DNA from: Candidatus Woesearchaeota archaeon
GTDB lineage: Archaea > Nanobdellota > Nanobdellia > Woesearchaeales > WJIZ01
Assembly: GCA_018303575.1 (NCBI GenBank)
Contig: JAGVXW010000026.1
Span: 1-32,542 of the forward strand
Length of the DNA stretch: 32,542 bases
Reading direction: 5' to 3'
Shown: positions 1 through 8,146 of the stretch, piece by piece
Layout of the letters: each line of letters opens with the position of its first letter
How positions within the stretch are numbered: the first letter of the stretch is position 1
The notes under the pieces: model-generated
Seen by the model: the letters and a program-made list of their open reading frames with translations, nothing else
Told to the model about the DNA's origin: nothing
The model's database searches: none
Position numbers and translations under genes: made by a program

Positions 1-290
1 GGCGAGAGCCTCAGGCGATCGCCTACATTCACGTCATAATTGAGCGTGATATCTGCCTCATGCGTTCTCCCCGAATCCGGATGATGGCTTGCGAATGCTA
101 TAGCCGAGAGAGGGCCAGAGATTGCAACGAGAGTGTCCTGGACGACGGGCTTCCCGTCGCTGAGATTCTGCCCACGGAGCATATATGTGGTATTGAGCGC
201 GGTGATATTGGTGAATTCTGGTTTTGGAAATTCTGGGGTCGCACAGCCCGCGGCGGCGAGGGCCAATGCTAAGGTCAGTTTTTGTTTCAT
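1..290 (-). CDS. Putative lipoprotein, partial (runs off the window start)
   Basis: Not in the ORF track. ATG at 290 follows AAGGAG; reads MKQKLTLALALAAAGCATPEF..., a signal peptide with lipobox-like AAGC; frame is open to position 1. Confidence 0.7.
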   Translation of the reverse strand, partial: MKQKLTLALALAAAGCATPEFPKPEFTNITALNTTYMLRGQNLSDGKPVVQDTLVAISGPLSAIAFASHHPDSGRTHEADITLNYDVNVGDRLRLS

Positions 291-294
291 GGGT

Positions 295-726
295 TCATTT
301 CTCCTTATTTTGGTGCTCTGTGTCATACTTCCTTGCCCAATCGCCGAAATGCGGGTCCGAAGGATAGACACGATCTACAACCGGCCACGGGTCATCGACC
401 GAGTTTCTCTCTAAGAGCGTCACAGCGTCAAGGGAGCCATATGGAGGCGTGTCATGGAAAAGCGTGACCTGGTTTATTCCTACAGGGAAGCGCTCTGGCT
501 TTCCGTCCAAAGACTCTTTAGTCCTGTATTCGTATCCGAGCTGGAGCGTAGTAAGATCGTTGAACTGATTCTTGTAATCAACAATCTGGTCAATCCTCCA
601 TCTCTGCTCTGTCCGTGCTCTGACTTTATCTGAGGACTCCGTCAATCCCGCTCCCCACAATAGCCCTACGAACACACCGCATGCGGCCGTTGCGGCGTGG
701 GCGAGGTAACTGGTGTTGGGTTTCAT
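295..726 (-). CDS. Hypothetical protein with N-terminal transmembrane/signal segment
   Basis: 143-aa ORF, hydrophobic N-terminus, ATGA overlap with the upstream gene. Confidence 0.7.
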   Translation of the reverse strand: MKPNTSYLAHAATAACGVFVGLLWGAGLTESSDKVRARTEQRWRIDQIVDYKNQFNDLTTLQLGYEYRTKESLDGKPERFPVGINQVTLFHDTPPYGSLDAVTLLERNSVDDPWPVVDRVYPSDPHFGDWARKYDTEHQNKEK

Positions 727-1103
727 GGATTCACCCTCTCAAGCCTAAGCTCATAAAATGGAGCCTGAACCACGCGATACTCCGGATGCGCCTCCTCAAA
801 TAACCGATTAAATTTTAGCCTCAGTCCTGAGGTATGGGTACTCAAATCAAAAAAGAAGGTATCTTCCATATCTCTGCCAGCCTTCCTACAGGCCTCTTGG
901 TGGGAGTACTGCACACTGCTATAACCTGCCCCTATCTGCTTCTGCACAGCATCAATGATCTCCCTCAGCTCTGGAGCCACAATTGAAGCAAGCACTTCAA
1001 GAGCCGCGTCTTTCCCGATGGCAATCCCACTGGCAAGTCTATCCATGTTTTCCATAGCCCTTTGTGTTTGTGCTTCTGTCATTTTGACCTCCTTTGTTAC
1101 CAC
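723..1103 (-). CDS. Hypothetical protein (true start may be ATG at 1082)
   Basis: 126-aa ORF; AAGGAGG precedes the internal ATG (MTEAQ); operon-like overlap with the next gene. Confidence 0.65.
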   Translation of the reverse strand: MVTKEVKMTEAQTQRAMENMDRLASGIAIGKDAALEVLASIVAPELREIIDAVQKQIGAGYSSVQYSHQEACRKAGRDMEDTFFFDLSTHTSGLRLKFNRLFEEAHPEYRVVQAPFYELRLERVNP

Positions 1104-1192
1104 TTGGTAGTTTCATCTAGCTTTTATATTTAGGTGTCCCTCTAGGGGGCAACTCTAGAAAGATTCAAATAGACGAGAAGGCTTGACACCCC

Positions 1193-1951
1193 ATGGCGCT
1201 CGCGGAGCTCAAGAGCATCGGCCTCACAGACGGCGAAATCAAGATCTACGAGGCGCTTCTGGAATTAGGGGAGACGACAAGGACTCAGCTTGCGAAGAAA
1301 TCGGGTGTTTCTCCTTCGAAGATCTATGACGTGGCGAATAGGCTCATCGAGAAAGGCATCATCTCGAGCGTGAAGAAGAGCGGGACACTGCATTTCAGCG
1401 CCGCTGACCCGAAGAGACTGCTGGATTTTGTCTCGCAAAAAGAGGGAGAGATCCTGCTGGAGAAAAAGAAAGTGGAGGAGCTGCTCCCGCAACTGCTCCT
1501 GAAGCACAAGACGACAGAAGAGAAGACGGATGTGGAGGTGTTCTACGGCTGGGAGGGCATGCAGACCTGCTTCGGCGACCTCTCGGACGCTTCAGGGAAA
1601 GGCGACACAATCTATACCTTCGGCGTCTACCTTGGAGAGGATGTTCCGGTAGCGGACCGCTTCTGGCAGAAGATGTATCAGCGCTGGGACGCGAAAGGGT
1701 TCAAGGTCAAGATCATCTTCAACGAGAGCGCGAGGGGGCACAGGGCTCAAACGGAATATTTTGAGAAGGGCAGGCGGCATGAGATCAGATACCAAGAGCA
1801 GGAGACGTTCATGGAAGTCGACCTGTACAAGGACACCGTGCTTTTCGTCATGATTCTCAAGCGGCCCATGATCATCCGCGTCAAGAGCAAGGAAGCGGCG
1901 CTGTCGTTCAAGACGTATTTCGAGACGATGTGGAAGAGCGCGAAGAAATAA
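1193..1951 (+). CDS. TrmB-family transcriptional regulator
   Basis: N-terminal wHTH LKSIGLTDGEIKIYEALL...SKIYDVANRLIEKGII, then VEVFYGWEG and a C-terminal effector domain ending FETMWKSAK. Confidence 0.9.
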   Translation: MALAELKSIGLTDGEIKIYEALLELGETTRTQLAKKSGVSPSKIYDVANRLIEKGIISSVKKSGTLHFSAADPKRLLDFVSQKEGEILLEKKKVEELLPQLLLKHKTTEEKTDVEVFYGWEGMQTCFGDLSDASGKGDTIYTFGVYLGEDVPVADRFWQKMYQRWDAKGFKVKIIFNESARGHRAQTEYFEKGRRHEIRYQEQETFMEVDLYKDTVLFVMILKRPMIIRVKSKEAALSFKTYFETMWKSAKK

Positions 1952-1982
1952 TTTAATAAGCACCATCGAATCTCTTTTGTTC

Positions 1983-2429
1983 ATGGGCCTCGTTCAAAGA
2001 GTACGCGTCTTATGCGGCCGCTTTTTTGGAGGAGACTTTTATGATTGGCCTGAGTTCACGCCGCTTGTTCCCTTGGACCGCCCGCTTGCCGAGCGCCCAT
2101 CACCAGAAGGTAACGTAGCCATCTTCGAAGGACTAGACGCAGATCATTTTGGCTCTACCGGAGAAATCCGATTTGGATATCTCTTTCTACCCGGGCCTGA
2201 GCAACGTTATTTTGATATTTTCCTCCGAGATCGAGATGCTAAGGAGATTTCGAACATGGCTGCTTACAGCTTCGACCGGTTCGCTGACCCGTTCCTGCTT
2301 CTCACGAGCACCTTTTATCATCCTGACCGGACGGTTGCATTCACGTTGATAAGAGAAGACCATGTCGGGGCAGTCCGGCGAGCCGGTGGGAGGCTTCCTG
2401 TCGGCTATGAGCACCTTGAACAGCAATAA
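1983..2429 (+). CDS. Hypothetical protein
   Basis: ORF (track start 1977, ATG at 1983) filling the gap between TrmB and a convergent gene; no recognised motif. Confidence 0.55.
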   Translation: MGLVQRVRVLCGRFFGGDFYDWPEFTPLVPLDRPLAERPSPEGNVAIFEGLDADHFGSTGEIRFGYLFLPGPEQRYFDIFLRDRDAKEISNMAAYSFDRFADPFLLLTSTFYHPDRTVAFTLIREDHVGAVRRAGGRLPVGYEHLEQQ

Positions 2430-2439
2430 TCCCTACGGT

Positions 2440-3168
2440 TCATGTTTTGGGAACCAGTTTGGCTAAGGTGTAAAAGCTCGTCTCATCAAAGTTATCTCCG
2501 TCTTCGATGAACGCTAATCCATTTTCCACAAGCACGTTTCTGATTTCGTTCCGAGAGAAGGCGCGGTGCTCCATCTCGTCATGGAAGATTTTTTTCTCCT
2601 TGCCCTCTTTAAACTCATAATCGGATTTCCAAAGATAATGATTTTTTGAGAGAGTGACAAGCGAGGACGTGCGGACAATCTCGCTATCACCCTTCTTAAC
2701 CTTCACAACGTCGGTGAAATAGGGCGTCTTTCCGATTTTCGTATCCTCGTAATTGTCGAAGAGCAGGATTCCGCCTTGCTTAAGCGCTGCTTTCATGCTC
2801 TGGAGCGCCTTTTTCGCGTCCTCATCCGAACCCATGTGCGTGAAGACTCGACCGATGGCGAGCACGGCGTCGAACTCATTTCTGAAAGGTAGATTTCGGA
2901 TGTCTGCCTTGATTATTCTCGTTCCCGGTAGGCGCTTTCTTGCTTCTGCTGCCATCTCGTCAGTGTAATCGATCACTGTAAGCGAGTATCCTCGCTTTTC
3001 AAGTTCCTTGGCTACGGAGAAAAATCCGCCGATGAAGAGGAGTTCCTTTGGATGGAAGCGCGAGATTCTTTTCTCGACGAAATCAGCGACGGATTTGGCG
3101 TCAATCAGATGGTCGTAAAAATTAGCGCAGAGAGAAGCCAGCTCCGAATAGAGCGTTCCGTTTTTCAT
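2440..3168 (-). CDS. Class I SAM-dependent methyltransferase
   Basis: Motif I-like LLFIGG, then IDYTDEM, ADIRNLPF, FDAV, LKQGGILLFD. Confidence 0.85.
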   Translation of the reverse strand: MKNGTLYSELASLCANFYDHLIDAKSVADFVEKRISRFHPKELLFIGGFFSVAKELEKRGYSLTVIDYTDEMAAEARKRLPGTRIIKADIRNLPFRNEFDAVLAIGRVFTHMGSDEDAKKALQSMKAALKQGGILLFDNYEDTKIGKTPYFTDVVKVKKGDSEIVRTSSLVTLSKNHYLWKSDYEFKEGKEKKIFHDEMEHRAFSRNEIRNVLVENGLAFIEDGDNFDETSFYTLAKLVPKT

Positions 3169-3172
3169 GCTG

Positions 3173-3219
3173 TCTTAGAGGTGACCCCACTTCATGCATT
3201 TTTCTTTTTTGTGGTCACC
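3173..3219. repeat. Imperfect ~47-bp direct repeat, copy 1 (copy 2 at 4123-4170)
   Basis: TCTTAGAGGTGACC(C/A)CACTT...TGTGGTCACC occurs on both sides of the Fic gene. Confidence 0.8.
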
Positions 3220-4118
3220 ATCCTCAGGGTCTTTTCGTATTGCTCGACCAAAAACTCGACTGTGGGTCTCACATTCTGTTTTTTCTCATACTCCTGCAGG
3301 GTCCGATAGTATTCTGCTCTGTCGTCTAAGGAAATATTAATGGGCGGATAGCCATTCCTCAAAAGGATGAAATTGAGCAGGAGCCTCCCCGCCCTGCCGT
3401 TCCCGTCCTGAAAGGGATGGATGTACTCAAACTGGTCATGCAGGATTGCCGCCAGAACCAGCGGCCTGAATTTTCTTTTATTTTCCTTGTACCAGGAAAT
3501 CATGTCCCTTAATGCCAATTCCAGCTGAGCGGCAGGAACGCCCCTATGCAAAATCCGCCCTTGGGCATCAACGACAGCAACCTCAACGTGCCTCAATTGC
3601 CCCGCGAAGCCCTTGGATCCCTTAAAGCAGAGTTCGTGGAGCTTCATCAGAAGCTCAATTGAAAGGTCTTCCCTTGCCTTCTTGATATAGTTGACAGCAT
3701 TTGCAACTCCTTTCGTTTCGCGCTCCTCTGCGGTTTCTGCAACTGGATTCCGCAAAATCCTCGGGACTTCCTGCCTTTGGACCGTTGAGCCCTCGATTGC
3801 GTTGGTATTAAAGACAAACTCCTCCGTAAATCTCCGCCATTGCCTTTGGTCGAAATGGGCAATCCTGATTTTGCTGCTCCATGCATTTAGTTTCTTGATT
3901 TGGCCTTTTGTTAATCTGAAGAGAAAGACCTCAGTGGTGAGCTCCTCCAAAAGCCCGAGAATACGGCTTTTAGCCTTTTCTTGTTCTTCTTTTAACTGCC
4001 CTTTTGCAAGATTTTGCCCTAGATACTTCCTTAGCTTCCTGACTTCGCCCCCTTCCCTGTAGGAATGGATCAAATAGTACTTGATGCTCCTCCCGGCTTT
4101 TCTTCTCTCGATAAACAT
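3192..4118 (-). CDS. Fic family protein
   Basis: Canonical Fic motif HPFQDGNGRAGR and NTNAIEGST. Confidence 0.95.
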   Translation of the reverse strand: MFIERRKAGRSIKYYLIHSYREGGEVRKLRKYLGQNLAKGQLKEEQEKAKSRILGLLEELTTEVFLFRLTKGQIKKLNAWSSKIRIAHFDQRQWRRFTEEFVFNTNAIEGSTVQRQEVPRILRNPVAETAEERETKGVANAVNYIKKAREDLSIELLMKLHELCFKGSKGFAGQLRHVEVAVVDAQGRILHRGVPAAQLELALRDMISWYKENKRKFRPLVLAAILHDQFEYIHPFQDGNGRAGRLLLNFILLRNGYPPINISLDDRAEYYRTLQEYEKKQNVRPTVEFLVEQYEKTLRMVTTKKKNA

Positions 4119-4122
4119 ACTC

Positions 4123-4170
4123 TCTTAGAGGTGACCACACTTTATAAAACTTGCTAATCTTGTGGTCACC
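4123..4170 (-). promoter_or_regulatory. Fic promoter/operator: TATA box between inverted GGTGACCAC/GTGGTCACC repeats (repeat copy 2)
   Basis: TTTATAAA at 4141-4148, ~25 bp from the Fic ATG, flanked by 9-bp inverted repeats. Confidence 0.65.
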
Positions 4171-4287
4171 TTCCTCAGAAAAGATGGGGAGATATACTGT
4201 CGGAAGCAAATAATTGATAGGAATTGTTGCTTCCTCCGTATATAGCGCAGGGCAGCACTGCTCAATTATTTTTGCCCTACACTATAG

Positions 4288-4374
4288 TTCCGGACATTCG
4301 AAAAGCTGTGACTGTCCGGCGTGCGGCTTCATGCCGGACGATTTTGGTGCAGCTTTTTTGCGAAGCAAAAAAGA
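4288..4374 (-). repeat. tRNA-3'-associated structured mini-element copy (after tRNA-Leu CAG)
   Basis: 4288-4329 is identical to 6300-6341; 4324-4400 matches 6479-6555 at 76/77 nt. Confidence 0.85.
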
Positions 4375-4458
4375 TGCGGGGAGCAGGATTCGAACCTGCG
4401 TATCCACTAAGGAAATAGGCCCTGAACCTATCGCATTTGACCGCTCTGCCATCCCCGC
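4375..4458 (-). tRNA. tRNA-Leu(CAG)
   Basis: GCGGGGA/TCCCCGC acceptor stem, anticodon arm ATAGG-TT CAG GG-CCTAT, long variable arm, GGTTCGAATCC; A73; no encoded CCA. Confidence 0.97.
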
Positions 4459-4588
4459 AAAGCAGGAAGAGAAGCGTCTGGGGGATTTTAAACGTTGCGC
4501 ATTTGCGGAAGACAAACGCATCTGATGGGATTTTTTCCATTCCATTTCAACAACATTTAAGAAGAAGCGTCACTCAGAGCATGAAAGA

Positions 4589-5584
4589 ATGCAGCATGAG
4601 CACATCCGGGACTTTGTGGACCGCCATTTTTTGCATTTCAACGCTGCGACGTTGCGTGACGCGTCGCGCGCGTACGCCGCCCACCTGAAGGCTGGCGGCA
4701 AGATGCTGCTGACGCTCGCCGGAGCCATGAGCACGGCGGAGCTCGGCATCATCCTCGCCGAGATGATCAGGAAAGACAAAGTGCATGCCATCTGCTGCAC
4801 CGGCGCGAACCTCGAAGAAGATATCTTCAATCTCGTCGCGCATAAGCAGTACAGGAGCGTCCCGCACTACCAAGATTTGTCTCCGCAGGACGAACTCGCG
4901 CTGCTGAAGGAAGGGATGAACCGCGTCACAGATACATGCATCCCTGAGCAGGACGCGATGCGCAAGATCGAGAAGGAGATTATCAAAGTCTGGAAGCGCG
5001 CCGAAAAAGAAAACAAAAGATATTTTCCCTACGAGTTCGTGTACCAGCTCATCCGGGAGGACATGCTCAAGGAGGATTTCCAGATCGACCCCAAGGATTC
5101 CTGGCTCATCGCAGCATGTGAGAAGAATCTGCCCATCTGGACACCGGGATGGGAGGACTCGACGCTGGGCAATATCTTCGTCGCCCTCGCGCGCGGAAGG
5201 AAAAATCATCACGGCCAAACGCTCTCGAATTTGAGCATAGTCAAGTCAGGACTGGAGCAGATGTCGTCCCTCATCGACTGGTATCTTGCGGAATCCAAGC
5301 GGGCGGACATCGGATTCTTCCAGATCGGCGGCGGCATCGCGGGCGACTTTCCCATTTGCGTTGTTCCGCTCATCAGCCAGGATCTTGGCATCGCGTGCAA
5401 GCACTGGGCGTATTTCTGCCAGATCGGCGACAGCACCACTTCTTATGGCAGTTACAGCGGCGCTGTCCCGAACGAGAAGATCACTTGGGGGAAGCTGGGC
5501 GTGGACACGCCAAGGTTCATGATCGAGTCCGACGCGACGATCGTGGCGCCGCTCATTTTCGCGTATGTGCTCAGTTCTCCCTGA
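4589..5584 (+). CDS. dys: Deoxyhypusine synthase family protein (bacterial-like subtype; possibly homospermidine synthase)
   Basis: Motifs AGAMSTAELG, TGANLEED, DSTLG, IGGG and GSYSGAVPNEKITWGK (catalytic Lys). Confidence 0.9.
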   Translation: MQHEHIRDFVDRHFLHFNAATLRDASRAYAAHLKAGGKMLLTLAGAMSTAELGIILAEMIRKDKVHAICCTGANLEEDIFNLVAHKQYRSVPHYQDLSPQDELALLKEGMNRVTDTCIPEQDAMRKIEKEIIKVWKRAEKENKRYFPYEFVYQLIREDMLKEDFQIDPKDSWLIAACEKNLPIWTPGWEDSTLGNIFVALARGRKNHHGQTLSNLSIVKSGLEQMSSLIDWYLAESKRADIGFFQIGGGIAGDFPICVVPLISQDLGIACKHWAYFCQIGDSTTSYGSYSGAVPNEKITWGKLGVDTPRFMIESDATIVAPLIFAYVLSSP

Positions 5585-5601
5585 ATTTGCCGAAGTCCCC
5601 T

Positions 5602-5934
5602 CTAGGAAATCATCTTGACAATTTTCCTGACTATCTCACTGTACTTCGCCGTCTTCAGGTGGCAAATCTTCCTCACGATTTGCGAAGATTCTGCCGTAAA
5701 GAGCATATTCGCACGAACATAGCTATCGATGTGCAGCGTCCCATCTTGCGTGTCATGCTTCGCAACCTCAACGCTGTACGTATCAGCAGAAAGACGCCGA
5801 GAAGTCATCTGACACAGCAGGATGTCCTGGCCCATCATTGATGACAGCACAAGGCATGGTCTGAGCTTTCTTGCGCTCAAATCCGTAAAGGGAAAAGGAT
5901 AGAGCACTATATCCTGCTTTGCAAATGCGCCCAT
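5602..5934 (-). CDS. mazF: PemK/MazF family toxin
   Basis: DIVLYPFPFTDLSARKLRPCLVLS signature. Confidence 0.92.
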   Translation of the reverse strand: MGAFAKQDIVLYPFPFTDLSARKLRPCLVLSSMMGQDILLCQMTSRRLSADTYSVEVAKHDTQDGTLHIDSYVRANMLFTAESSQIVRKICHLKTAKYSEIVRKIVKMIS

Positions 5935-6149
5935 GCTTCATCCTCCTCCTTCGTCAGCCAGCGCCTCGCGAGCGCCTTCTCACTTGCTAGAGCCGTGAAT
6001 CTTCCGCTCAACTGTTCCTCTCCGAACAAGCGCTGGCGGATCGCTTCCCTGATAAAATCCTGGAGCGTGTCATACCCCTGCGACTCTGCGTATTCTTTTG
6101 CTGCCTTGAACATCCTGTCCGAAAGCTTCAAGCTTATTTGCGTACCCAT
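5907..6149 (-). CDS. Ribbon-helix-helix antitoxin
   Basis: MGTQISLKLS...QDFIREAIR RHH plus ASEKALARRWLTKEEDEAW tail; overlaps the toxin. ATG at 6149 is preferred over 6191 because TTTAAATA lies ~25-30 bp upstream. Confidence 0.85.
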   Translation of the reverse strand: MGTQISLKLSDRMFKAAKEYAESQGYDTLQDFIREAIRQRLFGEEQLSGRFTALASEKALARRWLTKEEDEAWAHLQSRI

Positions 6150-6237
6150 AGATATGATATCGTATGATTGCGTATTTAAACTTTTCTCCATGATACCTGT
6201 GGAAGATGCGCTGCTTCTTATAGCTTTGCCCGCTTTT

Positions 6238-6276
6238 TCCGGAAAGTTTCCGACGAGAAGCGGAGAAATCCGGAAA
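6238..6276 (-). repeat. Inverted copy of the upstream module at 8147-8185
   Basis: TCCGGAAAGTTTCCG-N13-AAATCCGGAAA, 32/39 identical to the reverse complement of 8147-8185. Confidence 0.75.
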
Positions 6277-6299
6277 CAGAATATAAAGGGATTATGTTT

Positions 6300-6529
6300 T
6301 TCCGGACATTCGAAAAGCTGTGACTGTCCGGCGTGCGGCTTTATGCCGCACTATTTTCGCCAGCATTTTTTCCGCCAGGAAAAAAGGCTGCGGGGAGCAG
6401 GATTGCCCACCTCAAACTTTTGGTTCCGACACCTCCAAAAAGAGCCGGGTTTCGCAACTTCATAGACACCCGGATGTCCGGCTTCATGCCGGACGGTTTT
6501 GGTGCAGCTTTTTTGCGAAGCAAAAAAGA
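6300..6529 (-). repeat. Two tandem tRNA-3'-associated mini-elements separated by a duplicated tRNA-Leu 3' end (6389-6404)
   Basis: TGCGGGGAGCAGGATT at 6389-6404 equals 6530-6545; homologous hairpins in both units. Confidence 0.8.
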
Positions 6530-6688
6530 TGCGGGGAGCAGGATTCGAACCTGCGAAGGCACTAAGCCAATAGATGGCTCACGGAGTGCGTCTTCGGCTC
6601 TCGCCTCGGCACTCAACGGCTTGAGTTTGGATGTTTAGGGCCTTCAGGCACCAAACGCTATCCCGTTTGGCCGCTCCGGAATCCCCGC
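6530..6688 (-). tRNA. tRNA-Leu(CAA) with two introns (6627-6657 at 30/31; 6576-6619 at 37/38)
   Basis: Removing the 31-nt and 44-nt inserts gives an 84-nt tRNA with anticodon arm ATAGA-CT CAA GA-TCTAT; both junction pairs form BHB-type motifs. Confidence 0.92.
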
Positions 6689-6812
6689 ATAGCAGGACTG
6701 AAATGAGAAACGGTTTTTAAAGTTATAGCAAATCGTAAAATCTTGATGATCATTTGATACGATTTGTTATTTAGCGAATCTCGAGAATTGTTATAGCTTA
6801 TGAGATTCGCTC

Positions 6813-7178
6813 TTACTTGAGCTTCGCCAGCTTCGCCTCGATGTCCTGGAGGCCCTGCTCGATCTTGGCGAAGTCCGTGATCGGCTTCTTCGCCTTGGCT
6901 TCGGGCGCCTGCTGCTTGGGCACCATCTCTTCCTCGAGCGTGACATCCGGGATAGAGGAACGGATGGAATTGATGTGCCGCGTGATCTCGGCGATCTGCT
7001 TGCGCAATCGCGACTTCAATGCCCCTTTCTGCCGCCGGATATTCTTCAGCTGGCTGAAGATGCGCATGCTCTCGAGCAGGTCGCGCCTGCACTCAAGCAC
7101 AGGCACCTGCACATGCGAAGGGTCGGGGATGGAGACGAAGAAATCGTCCCGCGGCGGCCGGAGGTTGACGGCTTTCAT
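6813..7178 (-). CDS. Hypothetical coiled-coil protein
   Basis: 121 aa; FFVSI strand followed by long helices; host-like codon usage; ATGA overlap. Confidence 0.8.
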   Translation of the reverse strand: MKAVNLRPPRDDFFVSIPDPSHVQVPVLECRRDLLESMRIFSQLKNIRRQKGALKSRLRKQIAEITRHINSIRSSIPDVTLEEEMVPKQQAPEAKAKKPITDFAKIEQGLQDIEAKLAKLK

Positions 7179-7399
7179 ACGCGCTCCGGCGCATGCAGGC
7201 TTTCGAGAATCTGCTCCATGCGCTGGCTAATGGCCTCGCAGCGCTGATCCCACTCGTGCATCTTCGCGGCTTCATCAAGCGAAAGGGAATCGAGATGGGC
7301 CATCGTATCGCGGGCTTCCTCCACTCGCATCCTGAGAACGTCGATCAGGCCCTGCAGCTCGCCGGGCTGGTGGATCTTCACGAAGACAGGCATGGCCAT
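7175..7399 (-). CDS. Hypothetical coiled-coil protein
   Basis: MAMPVFVKI followed by a long helix; ATG 2 nt after the upstream stop. Confidence 0.75.
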   Translation of the reverse strand: MAMPVFVKIHQPGELQGLIDVLRMRVEEARDTMAHLDSLSLDEAAKMHEWDQRCEAISQRMEQILESLHAPERV

Positions 7400-7401
7400 G
7401 G

Positions 7402-8028
7402 TTATTCCTGCACGAAGAGGCACTTCTCGAGATCCGCGAGCTTGGCCTCGACATCCTGGAGGCCCTTGTGCAGCTTGGCGAAGGTCTTCTCCTCGTCATC
7501 GATGTCAGAGACGAGCTCCTTGATCTCCTCGTCGGATTCCCTGAGCCCCTTCTTGATCATGTTCAATTCTTTTATGACGTCCCTATATTTTCCAATCTCC
7601 ACGAACAAGGGCTTGGAGGACATCATCCTCGGCAGGGGAGCGGGCGCCGGCATCTGAGGCGGAGTCCACTGCTGAGCGGGAGGAGTCCAGGGCTGTGAAG
7701 GCGGGGCCCAGCTTTCCTGCTTGGGCTCGAACATCTCCGCGAATGACTTGCGCGACAGCTCCTGCTTGGGTGGTTCCAAAGGCGGCAAATCAAGTGGAGG
7801 CAACTCTGGAGGAGAAGATTGCATGTCTTCGAAATGAGTGTCCATCCCGGAGTCCATAGGCGGAAACTGGTCAGACGTCTTTTCGAACTGGGTGCTCATG
7901 GGCGGATACGTGTCCTCCGCTCCCGGGCCTGGCTTCAGCGGGGACATGCCCTCCAAAGGCGGTGGCGGTGGAATGTCAAGCATCTCGTCCTGCTGCTGTT
8001 TTTTCTTGCCGAATCCGAAGAGTCCCAT
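7402..8028 (-). CDS. Hypothetical protein: amphipathic N-terminus, Pro-rich linker, C-terminal coiled coil
   Basis: MGLFGFGKKK; PPP-rich region; PLFVEIGKY followed by heptad repeats. Confidence 0.85.
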   Translation of the reverse strand: MGLFGFGKKKQQQDEMLDIPPPPPLEGMSPLKPGPGAEDTYPPMSTQFEKTSDQFPPMDSGMDTHFEDMQSSPPELPPLDLPPLEPPKQELSRKSFAEMFEPKQESWAPPSQPWTPPAQQWTPPQMPAPAPLPRMMSSKPLFVEIGKYRDVIKELNMIKKGLRESDEEIKELVSDIDDEEKTFAKLHKGLQDVEAKLADLEKCLFVQE

Positions 8029-8146
8029 AGTCTGCCCCCTTTTGCCTTCCTGCTCTGCTGAAGCTACTTAAACTTTTATGAGCATTCCTGAATAGTGAAT
8101 TTATGAAGCGCATATTTTCCGCCTTTCGCCGCCTTTCCGCCTCTTT

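Noticed and set aside
4288..6555. Repeats as a CRISPR array
   Set aside because: No regular repeat-spacer periodicity and no cas genes.
6333..6638. ORFs over the tRNA and trailer regions (also 4214-4545, 22024-22281, and the rpl18e extension from 24789)
   Set aside because: They overlap tRNA genes; their mutual similarity comes from the DNA repeats.
6627..6657. Reading the intron-containing tRNA as Leu(TAA) or as a single-intron gene
   Set aside because: Only the two-intron parse restores a 5-bp anticodon stem, a 7-nt loop and the 84-nt length with BHB junctions.
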